52,582 nt of DNA from positions 1 to 52,582 of the IMG/VR virus record IMGVR_UViG_3300013006_001903. One strand, given 5' to 3'. Made by a program: the position numbers and the translations under genes. The notes beneath the pieces were generated by a model. The model was given only the letters and a program-made list of their open reading frames with translations, was not told the DNA's origin and ran no database searches. Below are positions 1 to 9,549 of this stretch, piece by piece. Within the stretch, counting starts at the first letter, position 1. Every line of letters begins with the position of its first letter. The stretch is from a virus (taxonomy: Duplodnaviria > Caudoviricetes).

Positions 1-314
1 ACCATTTCATCGTACCGCATTTTGTTGCTGACTGTGGTACATTTAGGGAATGCATCATAATCTAGGCCCCAAAAAATTTCATTGACATACATTTTAGCCA
101 CACGCAAGGGTGTTTCAGTAAGACTATCGTCAGTGAGATCTAGTCCTAGACTCAGCATTATCTCTTCAAACAGTTTTTCAATTACACCAATCTTGCTTTT
201 GCGATCAATGTATTGGCCTGTCTCTTTAACCGGAGTTTCTACTCCGCATTTCAATAGGTGTTCGTGAATCTCACGGCCCAATTCAGGGTCAGTTTTAGTT
301 TTGTTATATGACAT
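1..314 (-). CDS. folE: GTP cyclohydrolase I (5' part; runs off window start)
   Basis: Not in the ORF track. Manual translation from ATG 314 gives MSYNKTKTDPELG...LGLDLTDDSLTETPLRVAKMYVNEIFWGL, the FolE TPxRVAKMY motif. GGAAGGA SD upstream. Confidence 0.9.
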   Translation of the reverse strand, partial: MSYNKTKTDPELGREIHEHLLKCGVETPVKETGQYIDRKSKIGVIEKLFEEIMLSLGLDLTDDSLTETPLRVAKMYVNEIFWGLDYDAFPKCTTVSNKMRYDEM

Positions 315-415
315 AGGTTCCTTCCTTACACGGATTTTGATTCGAGTTTGCTACCTTTATGCAGCTGAAATTATTTATTGGTTTACAAAACATGCAAGTT
401 TATTTTTGATACCTA

Positions 416-444
416 AGTATACACTGAACTTGCTGTAGTGTCAA
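416..444 (-). promoter_or_regulatory. sigma70-type promoter for folE
   Basis: TTGACA (444-439), 17 bp spacer, TATACT (421-416). Confidence 0.8.
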
Positions 445-466
445 GTTTCTAATCATCTATTTCGGC

Positions 467-497
467 AAAAGAGACATTGTGAATTTCACAATGCCTC
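467..497 (-). terminator. Rho-independent terminator after rubredoxin
   Basis: GAGGCATTGTGA-AAT-TCACAATGTCTC hairpin followed by TTTT on the minus strand. Confidence 0.75.
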
Positions 498-525
498 TTG
501 TTTTTCGACCAATTAAATTGGAACA

Positions 526-663
526 TTATTGTTCTACGGCATCGTAATCCTGTTTGCCGCAACCGCACTCTGGACAAAGAAAGTCGTCACCTAGTTCTTC
601 CCACTTTCCTTCTGTTTCTTCATTGTGGATGTGGCCACAAACAATGCAATGATATTCAGTCAT
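526..663 (-). CDS. Rubredoxin (45 aa, missed by ORF track)
   Basis: MTEYHCIVCGHIHNEETEGKWEELGDDFLCPECGCGKQDYDAVEQ: two CxxCG motifs and the W-x-x-L-x-D-D-F-x-C-P signature. Overlaps the end of rubrerythrin by 8 bp; GGAG upstream. Confidence 0.9.
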   Translation of the reverse strand: MTEYHCIVCGHIHNEETEGKWEELGDDFLCPECGCGKQDYDAVEQ

Positions 664-1117
664 GATGTAGTAAAATCTCCAGTTGTTGTTGATAAGCAGC
701 CGCATGACGTTCTTCTACTCGTTTAAGAGCAGCAAAACGTTTTTCTGCTTTCTTTAGAACTTCAATAAATTGCAATGCATGTTCTTCAGATTCTTTAATC
801 TGTTCTCTTGCAATTGCTAATGCTTTAACATCTTGTTCATGTTCAGCAATGGTTTCAAACTGTGGATACATTTCGGTGTATTCATAAGTCTCGCCAGCAA
901 TGGCTTTTTCGAGACATTCTTTGGTAGAAGGTTTACCGATAAGCAATTCCAGATGCCCCCAGGCATGTTTGATTTCTTGATCAGCAGTATGTTCGAAATG
1001 TTGAGCAATATCTTCATGCCCTTCTTCACGAGCAATACGAGCAAAGTATCGGTATTTGATATGTGCCATTGACTCGCCGGCCAACGCACTCTCTAGATTT
1101 TTCAGTGTAGCTGACAT
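656..1117 (-). CDS. Rubrerythrin (ferritin-like di-iron domain, no fused rubredoxin)
   Basis: NLESALAGESMA..KYRYFA, EIKHA, GETYEYTEMYP and EEHA di-iron motifs; AAGGAG SD. Confidence 0.9.
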   Translation of the reverse strand: MSATLKNLESALAGESMAHIKYRYFARIAREEGHEDIAQHFEHTADQEIKHAWGHLELLIGKPSTKECLEKAIAGETYEYTEMYPQFETIAEHEQDVKALAIAREQIKESEEHALQFIEVLKKAEKRFAALKRVEERHAAAYQQQLEILLHHD

Positions 1118-1171
1118 ATATTTCTCCTTATTTAGTTGTCACATGATATACTACTTTAATGAAAAAATGTA

Positions 1172-1990
1172 TCATTTTGATTGATATTTTTTAAAATTAT
1201 TAAAATTTAAAGTTAATATGCTTAAGATACCTATTATTATTCCCGGAATGTCGATTTCCCACCACTTGTTACCCATGTACCAAGAATTTGGAATCTTATG
1301 ATGGTTTTGGTGCCATCCGTCAAACGCAAAATATCCCCAGAATAAGTTATTATTAGATTCGTCATTGAGTTGTACTGTTCTATAATTTTCTAAATTGTTA
1401 TGCGGACTGTGAAGTTTAGAATTTAAATAATTTTTTATCAAAACAACAAGAGCTATTCCGGGCATCCAAGTTGTCAAGAACCAATTAACAGAAGTTGTCA
1501 TGATTATAAGGAACCATGTACTGGCAGTTATAAAAAGACCGTATCTACTAAAAAATATTTGAATCCTATCATTGAGTAAGTCGTAAGCATATTTTAAACT
1601 AAAATTATGATAGGGATATAGGAATTGTATTTTCCACCTGTTTAAATATAATGGAGAATGGGGGTCTAATTTGGTATCTGCAAACTTATGATGTAATCTA
1701 TGTTGTGCAGAAAATACAATAGAATTGCCTAATAGACTTTGATTAGCAATCCATAGTCCTATTATATCAAGCCATCTAGGAGCGTGCCATGATTTATGTG
1801 CGAACCTTCTATGATGAAATAGTTGTTCTGCACACCCAACTAGATAATATACACTAAAAATTTTCCAGTATTCTGTCCAGGGCAATGACACAAGGGCGTA
1901 TGCTAGACAAATGTAGGAGAATATAGATGCAATTAATACTATAGGTCTATGAAAATTTATAAAATTTTCAATTTTTTTAAATTGATTCAT
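1172..1990 (-). CDS. Membrane fatty-acid desaturase family protein #1
   Basis: His boxes HHRRFAH, HRLHH, HQNHH; DPHSP; KWWEID; TM segments. Confidence 0.85.
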   Translation of the reverse strand: MNQFKKIENFINFHRPIVLIASIFSYICLAYALVSLPWTEYWKIFSVYYLVGCAEQLFHHRRFAHKSWHAPRWLDIIGLWIANQSLLGNSIVFSAQHRLHHKFADTKLDPHSPLYLNRWKIQFLYPYHNFSLKYAYDLLNDRIQIFFSRYGLFITASTWFLIIMTTSVNWFLTTWMPGIALVVLIKNYLNSKLHSPHNNLENYRTVQLNDESNNNLFWGYFAFDGWHQNHHKIPNSWYMGNKWWEIDIPGIIIGILSILTLNFNNFKKYQSK

Positions 1991-2811
1991 CGTAGAAAAT
2001 CAGTAATACAAATTCTATTTACACTGCCTTTTTTATAAAAGTTGTATGCTGGATCAGAGGTAGTGGCCAAATAAATTACATCGGACGGGGTTAGTCCATG
2101 TGTTTTACAAAATAATTCTTGTTGATGTCTATGTTTTTTATACAAATAATCTAAACTAAAATTTTTAAATAACTCAATTGTTAATTTTAAATTATTGCTA
2201 TTAAAATAAAGGTTTCTTAACAATCCACCTAGTGGTATAGATGGTGTTCTCTTAAAAACATACCCAATCCTAAGTTCCGATAGTCCAAACATTTTACTTA
2301 ACCCAACATATACTGTATTAATATTTTTGTTTATTTCTATTTTTTCTATACGACATGATCCTATGTATGCACAGTCTAATGCAATGTCTTCGTGAGTGTT
2401 TATTATTTCATTCCAGTCACTTATGTAATTTCCGTCAATACTACTTGGATTTGTGATATACAACATGTCTCCGGTGTTATAATTTATATTCTTAGGTAAG
2501 TTTAACTGTAGCCAATCATATTCTCCGTCAAATGTTTTTATTGTTTTATTTCTACATTCTACAGCTAATGTATTTAAACCGTCAGTAATTCCGTTGACTG
2601 GATACATAAAAGGAAATTCGCTTAGATCTATAATCGGCAAAAAATATTTAACTATTGATTCCTTTGTATCTCTAAGTAATTGGTGCTTGGTTTCTATATT
2701 TTCTTCAACCAAGTAGTTTTTTAAAATAAACTCCCGGACAACGTGTTTTATGTCTGCATCGAGATACGCTGTTATTTTTCTGCTTTTAGGTAATTGATCA
2801 ATTAGTGTCAT
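1987..2811 (-). CDS. PLP-dependent enzyme (class I/II aminotransferase-like)
   Basis: NPSSIDG, LDCAY and GLSKMFGLSELRIG (Schiff-base Lys) motifs. Confidence 0.7.
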   Translation of the reverse strand: MTLIDQLPKSRKITAYLDADIKHVVREFILKNYLVEENIETKHQLLRDTKESIVKYFLPIIDLSEFPFMYPVNGITDGLNTLAVECRNKTIKTFDGEYDWLQLNLPKNINYNTGDMLYITNPSSIDGNYISDWNEIINTHEDIALDCAYIGSCRIEKIEINKNINTVYVGLSKMFGLSELRIGYVFKRTPSIPLGGLLRNLYFNSNNLKLTIELFKNFSLDYLYKKHRHQQELFCKTHGLTPSDVIYLATTSDPAYNFYKKGSVNRICITDFLR

Positions 2812-3533
2812 TTAGCTAATCTTAAAAATATACACAAGGGTTTTAAAAATTTTCCAGGATCGGAGTCGCTACTTTTATAAGGGTGATCGTGATGATTTTT
2901 ATGATAATCTGCTAGAGAAAACCATGCCCATATGTAATTATTGTAGGGTCTTTTCTTTATAGGATCATGCTCAAAAATTGAATTAGAAATTTGTTCAAGC
3001 ATGAATACTAATCCCGATGCCATAATTAGTCCCAATGCTACATCTATAGAAATTAACGATATAATCAATATTGTACACCATATTATGTAAGTCTTATTTC
3101 TATGTAAAAAATAAAGGAATTTATAATCATCTTCTGGATAATCTTTAATTAAAGATTGATATCTAAGTATAATATTATCTATATTATACATCCATCCTAT
3201 AAAACACCGAAATACCCCGTTAGCTGGTCCAAAGTAATCTTTTTCTGTATCAGCGTATCGATGATGATACCTATGACTTAGTGTAAAGCCTAATATATCT
3301 CCTTTAAGGACAAATAAGAATATAAACCCGATAGTGTTTTCGGCGATTCTTGTGAGAATAAATTGTTTATGAGCAATTGCTCTGTGGGCTAAATTATATG
3401 CAAATAGGTAGCTTAAAATGTAAAAAATTATGCATGACACAATAGTTAGTTGTGATATGTCTACAAATATAGGGGACAATATTGTTATCAGCAATATCGG
3501 AATTATAACTAAAAATTTATATAAATTTCCCAT
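2808..3533 (-). CDS. Membrane desaturase #2 (divergent, short C-terminus)
   Basis: HRAIAH, HRYHH, HKNHH. Confidence 0.8.
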   Translation of the reverse strand: MGNLYKFLVIIPILLITILSPIFVDISQLTIVSCIIFYILSYLFAYNLAHRAIAHKQFILTRIAENTIGFIFLFVLKGDILGFTLSHRYHHRYADTEKDYFGPANGVFRCFIGWMYNIDNIILRYQSLIKDYPEDDYKFLYFLHRNKTYIIWCTILIISLISIDVALGLIMASGLVFMLEQISNSIFEHDPIKKRPYNNYIWAWFSLADYHKNHHDHPYKSSDSDPGKFLKPLCIFLRLAK

Positions 3534-3534
3534 T

Positions 3535-3777
3535 TTACTTTTTTATCAATTCGTCAACAGCATTAGCTAATCCCCCTAGGGTTCTAACTCCGTCTAATCT
3601 ATCTTCAGGAATGAGAATTTTAAATTCATCTTCAATGAGCATTACCATTTCCATTGCGTCTAAACTGTCTCCTCCGAGATCATCGATAATGTGAGTAGTG
3701 CCGCTCATTTCAATTTTTGATTTCTTGAAATGCTTTTTAGCGATGCTGACTACTTTATTTAAAGTTTCTGTTTCCAT
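3535..3777 (-). CDS. acpP: Acyl carrier protein
   Basis: 80 aa; DDLGGDSLDAMEMVMLIEDEF phosphopantetheine Ser motif. Confidence 0.92.
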   Translation of the reverse strand: METETLNKVVSIAKKHFKKSKIEMSGTTHIIDDLGGDSLDAMEMVMLIEDEFKILIPEDRLDGVRTLGGLANAVDELIKK

Positions 3778-4543
3778 TTTTAAAATCCTTTGAAATAAGT
3801 TTTCCTAATAGTCCTTCTAAATCTAATTCCCACCATTTGTTTGTTAAAATTAGCTTTGAAGGATCTGCATGATGATTATTGTGCCAACCAAAACCTAAAG
3901 TAATAATACCTAATATTACATTATTTTGACTAGATTCAGATGTGTTATAATTTCTGTAATTTCCCGGAAAGTTACTTAAATGTAAAATAGTATTTACAGT
4001 CCCTAACCTCACATGCTCAATAATATATGCTATCAGGTATCCGTACAGTATATCTAAATTTATCAGGTAAAGCAACCCCATAAAGATTAAATTTATAAAA
4101 ATAAAATTTTTAGTTGTAAAATTGATTGCATCATCTCTTGATGCCTTAACAAGATTGATTACGCTAGCTCGATCTTCAAAAATACTTTCTATTCTTGTTT
4201 TATTCAAACTCCAGAAATAGAATGCTTGTAAGAAACCGTTTTTAGGACTATGTATATCGCTAGCAGTATCAGTGTGTCTATGATGGTGCCGGTGTTGAAC
4301 CTGCCAATATGCTGTGCTACTATATGCGCTAATAGTTGCCCAGAATGCTAAAATCCAATGTGTAAATCTATTCACACTGAATTGGTTATGTGCGAAGTAT
4401 CTATGACCTGCTGTACCATTCCCAAATGCTATCAACAGCCACACTAAAAATATGAATATTTTTTCTTCTATTAAAAATGCTGACACTACACCTAAAATAG
4501 TAAGTGTTACATTAAAAACGATATATTGTAGAGTTTTTGGCAT
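3755..4543 (-). CDS. Membrane desaturase #3
   Basis: HRYFAH, HRHHH, DIHSP, GWHNNHH, KWWELD. Confidence 0.88.
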   Translation of the reverse strand: MPKTLQYIVFNVTLTILGVVSAFLIEEKIFIFLVWLLIAFGNGTAGHRYFAHNQFSVNRFTHWILAFWATISAYSSTAYWQVQHRHHHRHTDTASDIHSPKNGFLQAFYFWSLNKTRIESIFEDRASVINLVKASRDDAINFTTKNFIFINLIFMGLLYLINLDILYGYLIAYIIEHVRLGTVNTILHLSNFPGNYRNYNTSESSQNNVILGIITLGFGWHNNHHADPSKLILTNKWWELDLEGLLGKLISKDFKNGNRNFK

Positions 4544-5324
4544 CTTTAACTATAAAAAATTTATCAACAAACCAAGCACAAATATCAAACTCCCCTTTAT
4601 TAAAGGCTTGATTGTACTTGGTAGGATCATGATGATGATTGTTATGGTAACCTTCTCCTAGGCTTCCCCATGCCATGAAATGATTATTATGACTGTTATC
4701 AGGAGTATTGTAAGTCCTATAACTTCCTGGAATTTTTAAATGATCTAGTCCTACAACTGCTAAATTTGCAGCAAGATGATAATGGCCGGCAGGTAACAAG
4801 AAGCCGAATAAAAATAACTTCCAATCTATTAATAATGTAACTATTGCAATAACATACCAAAATTTAAAATAATGTCGTTCAATGAACACCAGTGTAGGAT
4901 CTTTCATTAAATCTTTTATACGAAATTCGACACCTTTTTTTGCAAACCACTTATATCCTCTAAATTCCCACGCACCTGTAATAGTATGCCAGAAGCTAGT
5001 AACTGGGCTATGTGTATCTTTCTCAGTATCTGCAAACAGGTGATGATGACGATGGTTCATTGCATAAACTATAGGACTTTTAGATGCCAACAGGATTGTC
5101 CAATAAGAAAGAAGCTTATGTTTAAACAATGTTGTCTGGAAACTTCTGTGAGTGAAGTATCTATGAAATGCAATATTGTTTCCAATTACTTTATTAAATT
5201 GTGCTATAAAATATGAAACCCAGAATAACGTCCAATCGTTTATTGATATGCAATACCACATACTAAGGGGAATACTCAACCAAGCTGCTGAAAGTAGTAT
5301 TCTATGTTTCCATTCTGTTTTCAT
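4512..5324 (-). CDS. Membrane desaturase #4
   Basis: HRYFTH, HRHHH, DTHSP, GEGYHNNHH. Confidence 0.88.
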   Translation of the reverse strand: MKTEWKHRILLSAAWLSIPLSMWYCISINDWTLFWVSYFIAQFNKVIGNNIAFHRYFTHRSFQTTLFKHKLLSYWTILLASKSPIVYAMNHRHHHLFADTEKDTHSPVTSFWHTITGAWEFRGYKWFAKKGVEFRIKDLMKDPTLVFIERHYFKFWYVIAIVTLLIDWKLFLFGFLLPAGHYHLAANLAVVGLDHLKIPGSYRTYNTPDNSHNNHFMAWGSLGEGYHNNHHHDPTKYNQAFNKGEFDICAWFVDKFFIVKDAKNSTIYRF

Positions 5325-6055
5325 TTTTTTAGAAATTTAATAATTTGGTAAGATGGATCAACTTCAGACCATTTGTTTTTAAGATTTGCGTTGCCTGGAT
5401 TTATGTGATGATTCTTGTGGAGGGTGCTTCCTCCGGATAAAAATGCTAACCACGTTATATTTATAGCGGTATATTCTCCATCTACTGCTTTATGTAGCAG
5501 TGAGTTGATTAACATCTCTGAATGAAATGTTAAGATCATAGCAGCCAACAACGACATTCCAATAGGTGGACTGATAAGAAATACTAATACCAATGATGAA
5601 AGTACAAAGTGTTTACATAGTTTTTCTATCTTGATTAATTGAGTATCTTTCAAGTAATCTCTTATAACGAAAATAGGAACATCCATTGGCTTCAGTAACC
5701 ATCCAAAATATGAAACATAAAATCCCTTACTGGGAGAGTGTGGGTCTAAAGAAGTATCACTGTGAGCATGATGATATCTGTGTATCCTGGACCAAGTGAT
5801 AGGACCTCCCATCAATCCAAAACATCCTATTACTGCTAGTGCATACTTTATGGCGTTGTTCTTAGGTTCCCACGACTTATGTGAAAACAGTTTATGAAAT
5901 CCTGCCTGTATGCCTGCCCAATATATTAGTATATAGAATATTAAAAAATAAAAAATATTAATACCGATAAAAGGCAATAGTATCAAAAATAAAATCTGTA
6001 ATGGAAGATTGAATTTAAGATAATATGATCTAGATACATCTGCTAAAGAGTTCAT
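5321..6055 (-). CDS. Membrane desaturase #5
   Basis: HKLFSH, HRYHH, DPHSP, HKNHH. Confidence 0.88.
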   Translation of the reverse strand: MNSLADVSRSYYLKFNLPLQILFLILLPFIGINIFYFLIFYILIYWAGIQAGFHKLFSHKSWEPKNNAIKYALAVIGCFGLMGGPITWSRIHRYHHAHSDTSLDPHSPSKGFYVSYFGWLLKPMDVPIFVIRDYLKDTQLIKIEKLCKHFVLSSLVLVFLISPPIGMSLLAAMILTFHSEMLINSLLHKAVDGEYTAINITWLAFLSGGSTLHKNHHINPGNANLKNKWSEVDPSYQIIKFLKK

Positions 6056-6819
6056 TTTAAAAACTTGTCAATTATTACAGCACTCATATCCCATTCCCAA
6101 GCCTTCTTAGTAAATGCAAAATTATATTCACTTGGTTTAGCATGATGATTATTATGCAACCCTTCTCCTAATGTTAACCAGTTCCAGAAATGACTATTAA
6201 CAGTTTCATCATTGGTATTAAAATTTCTGTATCCTTGACTTGGTAGGTGTAGGGGTAGACTTAATACAGCAGAGCTCCACCAACTAAATCCAGCAGGTAT
6301 CATATAACAAAACAGAACAAGGTTAATATCAATTGCGGCAAGTATCAATATATATGATAATATCACCAACAAATAATATTTGTGTAACTTAATTAGAAAA
6401 GGATTCTTAAGAAGATCTTTGATCATGCCTAACGGTACTACCTTTGTAGGATTATCTTTATACCAGTGCCAGAAACTTCTCCAATATCCTATTTCGTGAG
6501 GACTGTGTAAATCTTTTCCTCTATCGCTATTAAGATGGTGATATCTATGTACTGAGACATATTGTAGGGTTGTTCCGGTGGTACTTAATACAGCCAACAC
6601 CGCTACAATCTTTTCTTTCCATGCTGGCATTTTAAAACTTCTATGTGTGAAATATCTATGTTGTCCAATGCTTGCTCCTACTTTGCTAATCAACAATACT
6701 GCAAATACTAAAGATAGATAGTATTCTATACTTGCGAGATATGTGAGGTATATTAAACCAGGTAATACAGCCCATGTGTTAATCTGCTGTAATGTTCTCA
6801 GTATTACTATGTTATTCAT
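6052..6819 (-). CDS. Membrane desaturase #6
   Basis: HRYFTH, HRYHH, DLHSP, GEGLHNNHH. Confidence 0.88.
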   Translation of the reverse strand: MNNIVILRTLQQINTWAVLPGLIYLTYLASIEYYLSLVFAVLLISKVGASIGQHRYFTHRSFKMPAWKEKIVAVLAVLSTTGTTLQYVSVHRYHHLNSDRGKDLHSPHEIGYWRSFWHWYKDNPTKVVPLGMIKDLLKNPFLIKLHKYYLLVILSYILILAAIDINLVLFCYMIPAGFSWWSSAVLSLPLHLPSQGYRNFNTNDETVNSHFWNWLTLGEGLHNNHHAKPSEYNFAFTKKAWEWDMSAVIIDKFLK

Positions 6820-7577
6820 GATTTTTTCATAAAAAGTTTTTCGATGATTATTGCAGGAAAGTCAAATTGACCTTTCTCTGTTACATATGAGTAAGATCCT
6901 GCATTAGCATGATGCTGATTATGATATCCTTCATTCCATGTAAACCACTTTAAGAATGTATTGTTGCTGCTTTTATCATCAGTATTAAACGGTCGTGTAC
7001 CATATTCTGGCCTATGTCCTAATACATTTACTAAACCTGCGGCTATAAAATTATGTATAACCATATAACTTAGTAACCAGCCAGTTAGTGTAGGTCCTAG
7101 GATAACTAATGATAATACAAGCAAGAGTGTGTTTACTTTAAAATAATGTTTATGCATCCATTTATGCACAGGGTCCCTAATTAGATCTGACACAAATTTA
7201 TTCTCAATAGCATACTTTTCATTTCGAACATAGAACGTAACTTTCCACCAAGGTCGTGTTATATGAGGATCTTTATCTGTATCTGCATATGCATGGTGTT
7301 GTCGATGCACTCCTGTGTATGTTATACTAGTTCCGTACAGTAAGGGTGTAGCAAACGCATGTAGTATATATTCTTTCCACCTTGATGTTTTAAAACTCTT
7401 ATGACACCACAGTCGATGTAATGCTACTTCGTTGCCTACTGCGTTAAAGATTTTTGCAATGATCATACCTAGCAATAGCATAGGAAAACTAAAATTAGTG
7501 ATAAGAGTAAACAATAAAATAGTAAAATGAATGCCAAGCAATAACATTAGTTTATGGTGAAAGGTTAAATTTTTCAT
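6816..7577 (-). CDS. Membrane desaturase #7
   Basis: HRLWCH, HRQHH, EGYHNQHH; close paralogue of #8. Confidence 0.88.
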   Translation of the reverse strand: MKNLTFHHKLMLLLGIHFTILLFTLITNFSFPMLLLGMIIAKIFNAVGNEVALHRLWCHKSFKTSRWKEYILHAFATPLLYGTSITYTGVHRQHHAYADTDKDPHITRPWWKVTFYVRNEKYAIENKFVSDLIRDPVHKWMHKHYFKVNTLLLVLSLVILGPTLTGWLLSYMVIHNFIAAGLVNVLGHRPEYGTRPFNTDDKSSNNTFLKWFTWNEGYHNQHHANAGSYSYVTEKGQFDFPAIIIEKLFMKKS

Positions 7578-8376
7578 CTTTTTTCCAAATAAATTTTACA
7601 ATTTTCTTTTGTTCTTTTTTCATAAACAATAGATAGATTATCCATGCACCAACATCTAAGTTAGTTTTCTTTGTCATAAATGACCACGAATTAGGATTTG
7701 CATGATGATGATTATGCAACCCCTCATTAAGGCTGAATAGTTGTACTATCCAATTATTTGCACTCTGGTCATCAGTTGCAAATGGACGTGATCCGTATTC
7801 AGGCCGATGTCCTAATACATTTAGTACACCGGCAGCAATAAAACTATGAATGACTATGTAACTTAATATCCATCCAGTCCATACCGGACCTAGTGCCAGC
7901 AAGAAGGTTATTAATAAGATGCTGTTAATTTTCCAATAATTTTTATGTATCCATCTATGTACAGGATCTCTAACTAAGTCTTTAACAAACTTAGATTCAA
8001 TTTCGTAATCCTCATTTCTGACATAGAATACTACTTTCCACCAAGGTCGTGTTATATGAGGATCGCGATCAGTATCACTGTATGCATGATGTTGCCTGTG
8101 AACTCCGGCATAGGTTATACTAGTGCCGTATAACAAAGGTGTTGAAAATATGTGCAATACATATTCTTTCCATCTGTCTGTTTGATACGACCTATGAGCC
8201 CATAATCGATGTAAGCCAGCTTCATTGCCTATCAAATGCCAAATCTTATGTACTAAAAACATTGTTAAAAAAATAGTCCAATCCCAATGAAATACTAATA
8301 CCCATGCATAGAGTAACAGGTGTATGCTTAGTAGTAGCATTAATTTGTTATGAAAAGTTAATTTTTGTGTGAACAT
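7552..8376 (-). CDS. Membrane desaturase #8
   Basis: HRLWAH, HRQHH, EGLHNHHH; shares TPLLYGTSITY and DPHITRPWWKV with #7. Confidence 0.88.
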   Translation of the reverse strand: MFTQKLTFHNKLMLLLSIHLLLYAWVLVFHWDWTIFLTMFLVHKIWHLIGNEAGLHRLWAHRSYQTDRWKEYVLHIFSTPLLYGTSITYAGVHRQHHAYSDTDRDPHITRPWWKVVFYVRNEDYEIESKFVKDLVRDPVHRWIHKNYWKINSILLITFLLALGPVWTGWILSYIVIHSFIAAGVLNVLGHRPEYGSRPFATDDQSANNWIVQLFSLNEGLHNHHHANPNSWSFMTKKTNLDVGAWIIYLLFMKKEQKKIVKFIWKKDEKFNLSP

Positions 8377-8388
8377 TTAAAATATACT

Positions 8389-9549
8389 TTATGTTTTATC
8401 TACTCTGATTCCCCCACTAACTCCCCCAAACCCAAAACTTAATTTTGCAAAATTTAATGTTTCTTTATAAATTGGATTCTTTAAGACAATGGTATGCTTA
8501 CAATCAACTGTGTTGTCAGTGCCAGAAGTATACGGGATCCAACCTTGATTTAATCCTGCTAACGAATACGCCAGTTCAATTCCGGCGGAACTAGACATAG
8601 TATGTCCCACGGACCCCTTTAATCCATAAATGTATGTTTCATAGGGCAGGGAATCTAGAGCTAATATCTCTGCTTCATCGCCTACTTTAGTTGCAGTAAT
8701 GTGACAGTTAATCGAATCAAGTTTAATGTTATTATTGTCTGTAATTTCGTTTAGCAAGAACTTCCCTGCAGAACCGTCTGGGCTAGGTGCAGTTAAATTA
8801 TAATAGTCGTTATATAGACTAATTTTTCCAATAGTCCCAAGATTTTTTCTAACATTATTTTCTTTAGTTAAAATGTAACAAGCGACTCCTTCACCTAATG
8901 CCATTCCGGATCTGTTAACATCGAACGGCTTTACTGATTCCTTAGTACATACTCCCATGCTATTAAAAATATAAGTAGTGTAAGGATGTGTTGCACAGTC
9001 AACACCAAACACTAATACTGCTTCGCATTGATTTGAATTTAAAAACTTTTCAGCAATATCAAACGCTGTTATAAACGCACTACACGCTTGATTAATCATA
9101 AAGCTAGGACCTGTAAGACCAAGATGCCTACTTACAGTTGTACATATAGAACTTTGTGTTACTGTTGCTCCCCAACGAGGGCTAATCATTCTTTTTTCTG
9201 CAAATAGTGCTTTCCAAACCATGCCGCCTGTTTCTTGAGACCCTTGTAAGGTTACTCCTATTACAGGTGTATTTTTTGGTAGGTCCATCCCCTCCACACA
9301 TCTTCCTGCAGCTAGTACAGCTAACTTAATTGCACGGGGCATATTAGATTCTAGATAATTTAATTTTTCTAATTCTAAATCTAAGTCATCATCCGTTAAT
9401 GGAATATCAAATTTTGGAAGTCCTGTTAAAGGTGCATTTTCGTGCCTTGTAAAATTAGCAGAATTACCTTTTAGATAATTTTCAATGCAATTACTATAAC
9501 TAGTTCCATTAGCATCTAAGAGTTCAACATTGTTAATTACAGTTTTCAT
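8389..9549 (-). CDS. Beta-ketoacyl-ACP synthase (FabF/FabB-like)
   Basis: Cys-His-His triad intact (NQACSA, NCHITAT, KGSVGHT); PFDVNRSG..LGEG; SFGFGG. Confidence 0.88.
   Translation of the reverse strand: MKTVINNVELLDANGTSYSNCIENYLKGNSANFTRHENAPLTGLPKFDIPLTDDDLDLELEKLNYLESNMPRAIKLAVLAAGRCVEGMDLPKNTPVIGVTLQGSQETGGMVWKALFAEKRMISPRWGATVTQSSICTTVSRHLGLTGPSFMINQACSAFITAFDIAEKFLNSNQCEAVLVFGVDCATHPYTTYIFNSMGVCTKESVKPFDVNRSGMALGEGVACYILTKENNVRKNLGTIGKISLYNDYYNLTAPSPDGSAGKFLLNEITDNNNIKLDSINCHITATKVGDEAEILALDSLPYETYIYGLKGSVGHTMSSSAGIELAYSLAGLNQGWIPYTSGTDNTVDCKHTIVLKNPIYKETLNFAKLSFGFGGVSGGIRVDKT

Noticed and set aside
82-267. 61-aa plus-strand ORF
   Set aside because: Antisense shadow of folE.
315-410. 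preQ1 or THF-II riboswitch before folE
   Set aside because: Consensus elements not recognised; only small generic hairpins.
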